Assembly: GCA_965248755.1 (NCBI GenBank)
Contig: OZ252149.1
Location: 4,448,001-4,512,000, forward strand
Origin: Candidatus Latescibacterota bacterium
GTDB lineage: Bacteria; Latescibacterota; CBDEFO01
Length of the DNA: 64,000 nt
Direction: 5' to 3'
A program made the translations under genes and the position numbers. Of this stretch, positions 49,311-57,666 are shown in pieces. The notes beneath the pieces were generated by a model. The model was not told the DNA's origin and did no database searches. It was given only the letters and a program-made list of their open reading frames with translations. Each line of letters starts with the position of its first letter. Position 1 is the stretch's first letter.

Positions 49311-50129
49311 ATGAAAACCTTCGATGTAGGCAAAATCCGAATCAGTAGTGATAGTCTGATCCTTATAGCTGGACCCTGTGTAATTGAATCCCGGGAGCTG
49401 GTGATGAGGACAGCAGAGGCGCTAGGTAATATATGTCAACGTGTGGGGTTTCCAGTCATCTTCAAGTCGTCTTATGCTAAGATGAACAGGACAAGCATAG
49501 ATTCGTTTTCAGGACTGGGGATAGATAAGGGCTTGAAAATCCTGGAGAGTGTAAAGAGCGAATTAGGTATGCCTTTGACCACGGATTTTCATTCTGCAGG
49601 AGAGGCAGATGTAGCAGCACAAGTAGTGGATATGCTCCAGATCCCTGCGTTTTTAGTAAGACAGACGGATATCTTGCTTGCAGCAGGAAAGACAAGAAAG
49701 CCGGTGAATGTGAAAAAGGGTCAGTTCTTAGCCCCTGAAGATATGGCTTATGTAGTGGAAAAAATAGAGTCTACAGGAAACAGACAGGTTATGCTAACTG
49801 AGAGAGGAACTGCTTTCGGGTATCATGATCTGGTGGTGGACATGAGGTCTTTAGGCGTAATGAAAGCCACAGGATATCCTGTAGCTTTCGATGCAACTCA
49901 TGCAGTCTCCCTAAACCCGAGTAAGAACGAGAACAGGAAGTGTATAGAAGCTCTCTCCAGGGCGGCTGTGGCAGTAGGTGTAGATGCAATATTTATTGAG
50001 ACACATCCCGATCCACCTCGGGCTCTGTCAGATGGAGCAAGGATGCTACCTTTAGATAGATTAGCGGAGTTATTGGAGAGACTGAAGAGAATAAAGGAGG
50101 CTGTAAGAGACAAAACGAAAAAACATTAA
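49311..50129 (+). CDS. kdsA: KDO 8-phosphate synthase
   Basis: 'AGPCVIES', 'NRTS', 'QIPAFL.RQTD', 'KKGQF', 'DATH', 'ETHP...LSDG'. Confidence 0.95.
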   Translation: MKTFDVGKIRISSDSLILIAGPCVIESRELVMRTAEALGNICQRVGFPVIFKSSYAKMNRTSIDSFSGLGIDKGLKILESVKSELGMPLTTDFHSAGEADVAAQVVDMLQIPAFLVRQTDILLAAGKTRKPVNVKKGQFLAPEDMAYVVEKIESTGNRQVMLTERGTAFGYHDLVVDMRSLGVMKATGYPVAFDATHAVSLNPSKNENRKCIEALSRAAVAVGVDAIFIETHPDPPRALSDGARMLPLDRLAELLERLKRIKEAVRDKTKKH

Positions 50130-50331
50130 ACCTCCTACAGTTTTGCGTGTCCAAGACAGTAGAGCAGGGAATGGAACACTGACAATCCAAACTTTAGGAG
50201 GGGAAAAACCGTGAAATTGCGGATGCGGGGAGAAGAGATCACTTTGATTGCGTTTGTCGGAGTGTTTATGCTGTATGTCTTCTCAAACTTCGCCCAACTG
50301 TTCTGAGCATTTGTTACCTCTTGAGAGTATT

Positions 50332-50883
50332 ATGTCCGAACAGGGCGATGAAATATCACTTGTGAAGCAGTTTAAAGAGGGAGATGAGAGAGCATTTAAC
50401 GAAATTGTCAGAACTTACCAAGAGAGGCTCTATTATCTTGCTTTGAAGCTTCTGGGGGACAGAGAAGATGCACAGGATATCTCGCAAGAGGCATTTGTAA
50501 AGGCCTATTACGGTTTAAAGAAGTTTAGGGAGGATTCATCTTTATATACGTGGCTCTACAGGATTGTGCTGAATCTGTGTATGAATCGCCGACGGAGGGA
50601 CAAATTAGTAGAATTTGTTTCATTGGACGCTTTAGGTGAGATTACAGCGTCTAAAAGTGTTAATCCAGATAAGAAAGCGGAACATTCCGAACTTAATGCT
50701 GCTATTAAAGAGGCAGTAGATAGCCTTCCAGAGAAACAGAGAGCCATATTTATGTTAAGACAGTACGAGGAACTCTCTCATGGCGAGATTGCGGAAATAG
50801 TAGGCAGAAGCGTAGGTGCAGTAAAATCTAACTATTTTCAGGCAGTTAAAAAGCTTCAACAATCGCTGGCTAAGTTTAGATGA
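50332..50883 (+). CDS. ECF RNA polymerase sigma factor
   Basis: 'DAQDISQEAF', 'TWLYRI..N', 'LPEKQR', 'EIAEI.G.S.G.VKS'. Confidence 0.93.
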   Translation: MSEQGDEISLVKQFKEGDERAFNEIVRTYQERLYYLALKLLGDREDAQDISQEAFVKAYYGLKKFREDSSLYTWLYRIVLNLCMNRRRRDKLVEFVSLDALGEITASKSVNPDKKAEHSELNAAIKEAVDSLPEKQRAIFMLRQYEELSHGEIAEIVGRSVGAVKSNYFQAVKKLQQSLAKFR

Positions 50884-50914
50884 TGTATAGTTTTAACTTC
50901 CAGGCGAAATAGAA

Positions 50915-51618
50915 ATGAATTGCAATAATTTAAATGACCGTCTTATAGATTTTATCGAGGGGCAGTTGGAGAAGGAGGAGGAATTGGATGTTAAGAGACA
51001 CATAGATTCGTGTGCGGATTGTCTGCAAGAGTTGGAAAGTTTGAGATCTCTTCTGGAAGATATAGGTTCTTTCGGAAAAAGTTATAATGAAGAGGAGAAC
51101 ATTCACTGGGCTAATTATCTTCCTCAGGTAAGGGAAAGGATAAATAGAAAAAAGAGAAGAAGCTGTGGATAAGGGCAGCTGTTCCAGCTATAGGGATTTT
51201 GAGTATAGTTATTTTGCTATTTTTTCTAAACGGCGGCGGCAAACCCGATTCCGGTATGGGAGAAGAATGGACACCCGTGACTGGTGCTGAGGAATGGTAC
51301 ATTGGAGAGCTTGTAGACTTTGTAGTAGACTCATCGGATGTAGAAAAGATCATTATCAGTAGGCTGATCAGTCCTGGAATGATTGAAGATATAGCTGCTT
51401 TAGAGGAGTCCGAAGGATTTGGGTATGATAATACTGATGTGGATGTCAGTAGCGAGCAGTATGGCTACGTAGTCTATGAATTTGAGGAACTGGACAGTGC
51501 TGCTTTGGACTATATAGTTGAAAGGTCGGATTTAGAGAGCCTTCTTGAAGATCTTGATAAAGAGAGTCAGGAGGACTTGCTCAAGAGAGTGGCGGCAATC
51601 TCCTTGTCGATGGGGTAG
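50915..51618 (+). CDS. Zinc-finger (zf-HC2) anti-sigma factor encoded across a -1 frameshift at 51148-51154
   Basis: HxxxCxxC ('HIDSCADC') in 50915-51172. The -1 frame supplies TM 'LWIRAAVPAIGILSIVILLFFL' and an acidic domain ending at 51618. Confidence 0.75.
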
Positions 51619-51790
51619 TGGACTGTCAAGTATATTCTCTTGAATGACAATAACAACCGACGGTCACAGAAGCAGATTGGCAGAAACTCAAAGTTGAGGA
51701 CATAAGGAACGCGGACAGGGAAGCCATTCCCGATGAGTGCAGGTGGTGTAAGGATTTATGGATTAGTGGTCTCTTAAGGAGGCATGAAAA

Positions 51791-52414
51791 ATGAAAAGTG
51801 TTTATGTTGTATTTATATTGGTCTTGGGAGGACTTATCGCTGTATTAGATAGTAGAGCTATGTCACAACCTAGGCCATTTGACTTCCCGGCAAGAGGGGA
51901 GAAAATGAGGGAGAGGATAAGGACTATTCGTACCTGGAAGATGGTTGAACTGATGGATCTGACTGAGGAGCAGTCGCAGAGGTTTTTCCCTATTATGAAT
52001 CGGCGCGAAGATGGGGAAAGAGAACGGAATGAGAAGAGACATGAGATTATGCGGGAACTGCGAGAGCTTGTTGAGAATAAGGATACGTCGGATGATGAGT
52101 TGAAAAAGAAGATTGAGGAAGTAAGGAAAAATAACGTTGAACACCAGGAGAACAGCGAAAAGTTTCATAATGCTGTAGAGAAGGTGTTATCCGTGCGGCA
52201 ACAGGCAAAGTTGATGTTCTTCGAGCCGCGCTTTGAAAGAGAATTAAGAGACATAGTGAAAGACTTTAGACATAGAAGAATAGGGGAGCTTTGGCAAGAA
52301 GGACAACCGAAGGAACAGATGCAGAAGTTGGAGGAGTGGCAAGAGGAAATAAGAAGGTATCAGCAGGAAATTAGAGAATTGCAGAAGAAGTTGCAGGAAG
52401 AAATAAAGAAGTAG
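51791..52414 (+). CDS. Spy/CpxP-like periplasmic helical protein
   Basis: Signal peptide, 'LTEEQ' and 'LSVRQQ' LTxxQ-like motifs, located after ECF/anti-sigma. Confidence 0.7.
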   Translation: MKSVYVVFILVLGGLIAVLDSRAMSQPRPFDFPARGEKMRERIRTIRTWKMVELMDLTEEQSQRFFPIMNRREDGERERNEKRHEIMRELRELVENKDTSDDELKKKIEEVRKNNVEHQENSEKFHNAVEKVLSVRQQAKLMFFEPRFERELRDIVKDFRHRRIGELWQEGQPKEQMQKLEEWQEEIRRYQQEIRELQKKLQEEIKK

Positions 52415-52502
52415 GGGATGGAACAAACGGGGGAGAGTAGCAAAGAGATGGAAAGGCCGTAGACGATTTGCCTTTTGTAGTAAGAGTATCAAGATTGCCC
52501 GT

Positions 52503-52620
52503 GGGTCTGTCCAGAGGGTCTGTCAGATTTTTTGTGTAAATGGGATTTTCTTCTGTTCCCTTCTCCAGTTATTTTATTCTCAATCTCCCCTCGAAATGGA
52601 TTGAAAACTGTTGGATGGCC
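52503..52620 (-). mobile_element. IS256-family remnant: transposase C-terminus plus terminal inverted repeat
   Basis: Minus strand encodes AIQQFSIHFEGRLRIK* (stop at 52569-52571). The end GGGTCTGTCAGATTTTTTGTGTAAA resembles IS256 IRs. Confidence 0.7.
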
Positions 52621-52647
52621 TCTCCCCGATTGCTTCTATCGGGGAGA
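52621..52647. repeat. Palindromic REP-like unit
   Basis: TCTCCCCGAT-TGCTTCT-ATCGGGGAGA, same family as 16556, 20734 and 53882. Confidence 0.7.
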
Positions 52648-52767
52648 GATCCTACAGTAGAGAGGCCGGTGTCTGAAACCTAACGACCCGTGTGTTGGTT
52701 CAGCTTCCGGAAATCTACCTGCCGCACGAGAATTCCAGACACCGCACATTGTTTGGGTCTATTTTCT

Positions 52768-52795
52768 AGTTCCTATAATTAAAGTTATGTAAGCT
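52768..52795 (+). other. Variant dif-like XerC/D site
   Basis: AGTTCCTATAA-TTAAAG-TTATGTAAGCT. The XerC arm is identical to the one at 53698. Confidence 0.75.
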
Positions 52796-52827
52796 TGGGA
52801 GCGATGTCTACTATCAGTACCACTGCT

Positions 52828-53397
52828 TTAGGTAAGTGTTCTTAAAGTTTTCTGAACTTTAGCAGGATTCTTAATGTTTCCTAAAATACAATCAGCTTGA
52901 CCCGTGCCCGCCTTTGTTATAGTTATATCTCCACAACCAAACATTCTCTGGGAAGCACTCATTTTTAGTCTTATGTCTTGAATCCGATCTAAAGAAGTCT
53001 CGTAATAGATCGTATAACGCCATTTGATGAAAGAGGAGAGCATTACGAGAATAGCTAAAATTATGAAGAACTTGCCTCCGCCCGGGGAATCCGCGACAAA
53101 CATCACAATAGCAAGAGCCATAAAAAACCACCCTAAAAATTGAGACACAAAGAGCGCGCATGCTGCAGCCGGGCGTGCTTCGAATACTATCTTTTCATCA
53201 TCGCTTAATATGCTTTTGGGGATCAGCTTAGGTATGCTGTAAGATGGAATACTTATCTCTTTCTGTTTCTCCTCCTGGGCGGACTCCTCTTTCACTGCAT
53301 CTTGAGCAGTCAGTTTTTGAGCGGGTAGCTGAACCCCACAGGCACTGCAGAACTTTGCTGTGTCAGCGTTCTCATGTCCACAGTCAGAACAATACAT
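52828..53397 (-). CDS. Zinc-ribbon + 2TM + bacterial PH (bPH_2) domain protein, apparently with an internal deletion
   Basis: 'MYCSDCG.EN...AKFCSACG', two TMs, 'LDRIQDI....QRMFGCGDI.I..AG'. AGGAG SD. Confidence 0.75.
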   Translation of the reverse strand: MYCSDCGHENADTAKFCSACGVQLPAQKLTAQDAVKEESAQEEKQKEISIPSYSIPKLIPKSILSDDEKIVFEARPAAACALFVSQFLGWFFMALAIVMFVADSPGGGKFFIILAILVMLSSFIKWRYTIYYETSLDRIQDIRLKMSASQRMFGCGDITITKAGTGQADCILGNIKNPAKVQKTLRTLT

Positions 53398-53437
53398 ATT
53401 TATTTCTCCTTAACAAACGAGATATTTGTAAGCGATG

Positions 53438-53692
53438 TTACTGAATCAGCTGGATCTCACTAAGCTCAAGTCGAAGATTCTCCTTTGAATACGCAACCAA
53501 GTTATCATACGGCTCATCGCCGATGAACTGGTTTTCTTCCCATTGGTACCTTGCCTCTGCAATCTGTCCAGCAGCAATGTTTGCTTTGCCGGCGGTCAAG
53601 CGCGTGCGAAACAGAACATCGCCGAAGGCGTTTTTCACAATGAGGAGCGCTTTCCACGCTTTGATTCTCTGAGAGGTGTTATTCTTTACCAT
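53438..53692 (-). CDS. Hypothetical protein, probably a 5'-truncated fragment abutting dif
   Basis: 84 aa ORF whose ATG lies 5 bp from the dif XerC arm. Confidence 0.45.
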   Translation of the reverse strand: MVKNNTSQRIKAWKALLIVKNAFGDVLFRTRLTAGKANIAAGQIAEARYQWEENQFIGDEPYDNLVAYSKENLRLELSEIQLIQ

Positions 53693-53697
53693 ATTTT

Positions 53698-53725
53698 AGT
53701 TCCTATAATGTATATTATGTCAACT
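53698..53725 (+). other. dif: Chromosomal dif site (XerC/XerD recombination site)
   Basis: AGTTCCTATAA-TGTATA-TTATGTCAACT, compared with E. coli GGTGCGCATAA-TGTATA-TTATGTTAAAT and B. subtilis ACTTCCTAGAA-TATATA-TTATGTAAACT. Located at the gene-orientation/skew switch. Confidence 0.9.
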
Positions 53726-53853
53726 TACACTAATATTCAGTTTATTTCCGATACTTTTTATAATATGACTAGCCCGGATAATTCACTAAAACACGCCGTG
53801 TATTAATTAAGAGACTATATTATGTTATAGTTATGCCGTTTAACCATCTTCGG

Positions 53854-53902
53854 TGTCATTGCGAGCCGAACGTGGACCAATCCCCCGATAGACTTAATCG
53901 GG
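53854..53902. repeat. REP-like composite element
   Basis: TGTCATTGCGAG...CAATC followed by CCCGATAGACTTAATCGGG. Confidence 0.65.
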
Positions 53903-54310
53903 CTAGTTCCTCTTTCTTCCAGATATTTTGAACCATAATCCCTTACTCCTCCTGTCTTCCTCCAATCTGTTCTGCAATTCTTCTACTTTATATTCTAATT
54001 TCTCTTTTGCTGACTTATATTCCCACAAAAGCTCCTCTGTGGCTTTCAACTTGCCTATCTGCCTTAAGATTCCTTCATAATGCTCTCTATCCACTATTAT
54101 ATTTTTCTCCAGAAGATTGCTAATATCTCCTATTATTTCTATATTATTTCTAATCTTTGAACTAGAAAGATTCCTAATACTTTCTATGTCTATTATCCAT
54201 CTTCCATTGACCTTATTAGCATCTAACATCCTATTTGATATATAGTTATAGATTGTCTTTGTAGACATTTGGAGTGCTACACTTGCCTCCTTAATAGTAT
54301 AACCATCCAT
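53903..54310 (-). CDS. Excisionase/MerR-like helix-turn-helix protein with C-terminal coiled coil
   Basis: 'YTIKEA...L.MS.KTIYNYI...L.A.K..GRW.I'. AT-rich. Confidence 0.75.
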   Translation of the reverse strand: MDGYTIKEASVALQMSTKTIYNYISNRMLDANKVNGRWIIDIESIRNLSSSKIRNNIEIIGDISNLLEKNIIVDREHYEGILRQIGKLKATEELLWEYKSAKEKLEYKVEELQNRLEEDRRSKGLWFKISGRKRN

Positions 54311-54451
54311 TAGAAGTCCTTCTACAATAGTTCTAATGTACTAAATGATCTTCTTTATCGTAGACTTGATAGGGATCTTGCAAAATTAGATTAACAACCC
54401 CCAAAAAGGCTCACATAGGTACGTAAACATCTGAACTCAGAGACACACTTA

Positions 54452-54609
54452 CTATACCACTATATTCACAAGTTTCGATCGGGCCTGTTGAACCACTATG
54501 ATCCTACGTACTTCACCCTTGCCTATATGACGCTGGACATTAGCATCTACAAGAGCCAGTTCCTTCAATTCTTCCTCAGAAATGTCGGGAATAACCAGAA
54601 ACCTGCCGC
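54452..54609 (-). pseudogene. Duplicated 3' fragment of leuS
   Basis: Encodes [51 protein letters not shown], near-identical to the LeuS C-terminus. Confidence 0.9.
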
Positions 54610-54896
54610 AGCTCCTCTGTAGCTTTCAACTTGCAAATCTGCCTTAAGATTCCTTCATAATGCTCTCTATCTACTATTACATTTTTATCCAAAAGATTGC
54701 TAATATCTCCTATTATTTCTATATTCCTTCTAATTACTGAACTAGATATCCTCCTAATACTTTCTATATCTATTACCTATACCTATTTTACATTGACCTT
54801 CTTATCATCTAATATCCTATTTGATATATAGTTATATATTGTCTTTGTGGACATTTGGAGTGCTACACTTACCTCCTTAATAGTATAACCGTCCAC
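54610..54896 (-). pseudogene. Inactivated partial copy of the HTH gene
   Basis: GTG start, TAG stops from a substitution and a 6-bp duplication (TAGGTA) near 54780, truncated at 54610. Confidence 0.85.
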
Positions 54897-55037
54897 TGGA
54901 AGTTCTTCTAAAATAGTTCTATGGTACTAAATGATCAACTTTATCGTAGACTTGATAGGGATCTTGAAAAATTAGATTAACAACCCAAAAAAACGCTCAC
55001 ATAGGTACGTAAACATCTGAACTCAGAGACACACTTA

Positions 55038-57536
55038 CTATACCACTATATTCACAAGTTTCGATCGGGCCCGTTGAACCACTATGATCCTACGTACTTT
55101 ACTCTTTCCTATGTGACGCTGGACATTAGCATCTCCAAGAGCCAGTTCCTTCAATTCTTCCTCAGAAATGTCGGCTGTAACCAGAAAGCTGCCGCGCACT
55201 TTTCCATTCACCTGCACAGCGGTGGTAACTTTATCTGCCTTTGCAAGTTCAGGATCGTAGTTGGGCCACTCTAGATCCATGATGCTGCCTTCGTGACCGG
55301 TTATTGACCACAACTCTTCAGCTATATGTGGAGCAAATGGAAAAAGGAGGAGAAGGAAGGCATCCCGGCTCTCTCTATCCAGTTTCCCATTACCTGCGTC
55401 CGGAGAATAGACGTAATTTACAAACTCCATAAATCTACTGATGATAGTGTTCAGCTTGAAGGCTTCAAGGCCTTTTGTTACCTGTTCTATTAGAGCATGC
55501 TGCCTCTCGAGCATGGAATCAGAAGGGTCCTCATGGTTATCCAGATTTGAAAGTACTAGGTGCCATACTCTACTCAAAAAGCGAAAGGTGCCCTCTATTC
55601 CCCTATCGTTCCATTCAGAATCCTGGTCAGGTGGACCAATGAAGAGATCGTATAATCTAAGGGAATCAGAGCCGTACTTTTCAACCAGTTCATCTGGGCC
55701 GACCACATTTCTCCTGGATTTGCTCATCTTGGCTCCCAGCCTATAGACCATTCCGTTATTAAAAAGATGGGTAAATGGCTCATCGAAGCCTATGTGTCCT
55801 AAATCGTACAGGACTTTCGTAAAAAACCTGGCGTAGAGCAGATGAAGTATGGCGTGTTCCACCCCGCCGATATACATATCTACCGGAAGCCACCTGTCTG
55901 CAATCTCTCTATCAAAAGGAGCTTTATCCTCATTCGGACTTATGTACCTCAAAAAATACCAGCAACTCCCAGCCCACTGAGGCATGGTGTCTGTATCTCG
56001 TTTTGCCTCTCCGCCGCACTCTGGACAAGAAGTATTAACAAATTCCGGTATGGCAGCCAGGGGTGACTTTCCTGTACCTGACGGCTCGTATTTCTCTACG
56101 TCAGGAAGGAGCACAGGAAGGTCTTCCTCCGGCAGCGGTACCTCACCGCACCTTTCACAATATACTATTGGAATCGGCTCTCCCCAATAGCGTTGTCTTG
56201 AGAAGACCCAGTCTCTCATTCTGTAGTTGACGGCCTCTTGACCGAGGCCCTGCTCTCTGAGCCACGCTGTTATACTATCCCTGCCTTTTTGCCCTTCCAG
56301 TCCATCAAACATCCCGGAGTTCACCATAATCCCCTCCCCCACGAAGGCCTCAGTAAGTTTTCCCTGATCGTCTTTAGTGCTCTGTTTGCTGTGTATCACT
56401 TCCACAATTGGAAGGTTGAACTTGGCTGCGAACTCAAAATCTCTTTGATCGTGGGCAGGAACAGCCATAATGGCTCCCGTCCCGTAAGACATAAGCACGT
56501 AATCGGAGATCCAAATCGGTATCTTCTGTCCATTAACGGGATTTAGAGCGTACGATCCCGTAAAGACACCCGTCTTCTCGCCTGAGGGCGACGTGCGGTC
56601 AATCTCAGAGGTCTTGCACACTTTCTCCACGTACTCGGATATCTCCTCCTTGCGATCATCCGTTGATAGGACTGACACTAACGGTTGCTCTGGCGCCAGT
56701 ACCATATACGTAGCTCCAAACAGCGTGTCGGGCCTCGTAGTAAACACGGGAATCTGATGCTCCGAACCATCCGGAGAAAGACCTTTGAATATCACACGGG
56801 CTCCCTGGCTGCGACCGATCCAGTTGGCCTGCATAACCTTCACCTTTTCGGGCCACTTTAGCCTTTCCATATCGTAAAGCAGGCGATCTGCGTACGCAGT
56901 TATTTTGAGCATCCATTGTTCCATATCCCTCTTTTCCACTTCACTTCCACACCTCTCACAGCGCCCCCCTACCGCCTCCTCATTGGCCAATCCGGTCTTA
57001 CAGCTTGGACACCAATTGATAGGAGCCGCAGCTTTATACGCCAATCCCTTCTTGTACATCTGAAGGAATATCCACTGGGTCCATTTATAATACTCAGGCG
57101 AACTGGTGTCTATCTCCAGATCCCAGTCGTACATCGTACCCATCTCTTCAAGCTGACGCTTCATATTGCCGATATTTTTGGCTATGCTCTTCTTTGGATG
57201 AATTCCTCTTGATATAGCGTCATTCTCCGCTGGAAGACCGAAAGAATCCCATCCTACCGGGTGAAGGACGTTATAACCACAAAGAGCCTTATACCTGCTC
57301 CACACATCGGATATTACATATGGTCTCCAATGGCCCACGTGCAGAGCGCTCCCCGAGGGATAAGGAAACATATCCAGGCAATAGTAGTTCTTATCCTCGG
57401 AATCCAGATTGGTCTTATATCTCCCTGTCTCCTTCCATATCCTGTGCCACTTTGGTTCTATCTCTCTAAAATTGTAAGGGATTCTCTCCCCAATTGTTCC
57501 CGTTGCCCCATTCATCTTTCTATAATCATCCTCCAT
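55038..57536 (-). CDS. leuS: Leucine--tRNA ligase
   Basis: 'MFPYPSG..LHVGH', 'FTTRPDT', '[15 protein letters not shown]', 'SRQRYWG', 'KMSKS', 'QVNGK'. Confidence 0.97.
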   Translation of the reverse strand: MEDDYRKMNGATGTIGERIPYNFREIEPKWHRIWKETGRYKTNLDSEDKNYYCLDMFPYPSGSALHVGHWRPYVISDVWSRYKALCGYNVLHPVGWDSFGLPAENDAISRGIHPKKSIAKNIGNMKRQLEEMGTMYDWDLEIDTSSPEYYKWTQWIFLQMYKKGLAYKAAAPINWCPSCKTGLANEEAVGGRCERCGSEVEKRDMEQWMLKITAYADRLLYDMERLKWPEKVKVMQANWIGRSQGARVIFKGLSPDGSEHQIPVFTTRPDTLFGATYMVLAPEQPLVSVLSTDDRKEEISEYVEKVCKTSEIDRTSPSGEKTGVFTGSYALNPVNGQKIPIWISDYVLMSYGTGAIMAVPAHDQRDFEFAAKFNLPIVEVIHSKQSTKDDQGKLTEAFVGEGIMVNSGMFDGLEGQKGRDSITAWLREQGLGQEAVNYRMRDWVFSRQRYWGEPIPIVYCERCGEVPLPEEDLPVLLPDVEKYEPSGTGKSPLAAIPEFVNTSCPECGGEAKRDTDTMPQWAGSCWYFLRYISPNEDKAPFDREIADRWLPVDMYIGGVEHAILHLLYARFFTKVLYDLGHIGFDEPFTHLFNNGMVYRLGAKMSKSRRNVVGPDELVEKYGSDSLRLYDLFIGPPDQDSEWNDRGIEGTFRFLSRVWHLVLSNLDNHEDPSDSMLERQHALIEQVTKGLEAFKLNTIISRFMEFVNYVYSPDAGNGKLDRESRDAFLLLLFPFAPHIAEELWSITGHEGSIMDLEWPNYDPELAKADKVTTAVQVNGKVRGSFLVTADISEEELKELALGDANVQRHIGKSKVRRIIVVQRARSKLVNIVV

Positions 57537-57609
57537 ACACGCTACTTAGTTCTAAGTCTGCAATACTTTAGCCGATACGATGCGATCCCAGATTCTGCTG
57601 AAAACAATT

Positions 57610-57644
57610 AAAAAAGACTACCGGAAATTGCGATCCGATAGCCT
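57610..57644 (-). terminator. Rho-independent terminator after pnp
   Basis: Minus strand AGGCTATCGGA-loop-TCCGGTAGTCT followed by a T-run. Confidence 0.7.
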
Positions 57645-57666
57645 CTCAATGCTGCAGTTAGAACGC

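Larger units (their letters stand above)
54030..55195. repeat. Diverged tandem duplication (units 54030-54609 and 54610-55195)
   Basis: Each unit consists of the 5' part of the HTH gene, the intergenic region and the last ~158 bp of leuS. Offset 580-586 bp. Confidence 0.92.

Noticed and set aside
53750..53832. Third dif site (ACTTTTTATAA and TTATGTTATAG half-site look-alikes)
   Set aside because: The arms are not paired at 6-bp spacing, and AT-rich sequence makes chance matches likely.
54030..55195. CRISPR array or DGR template/variable repeat pair
   Set aside because: Only two long units with no spacers. Differences are not restricted to adenines and no reverse transcriptase is present.
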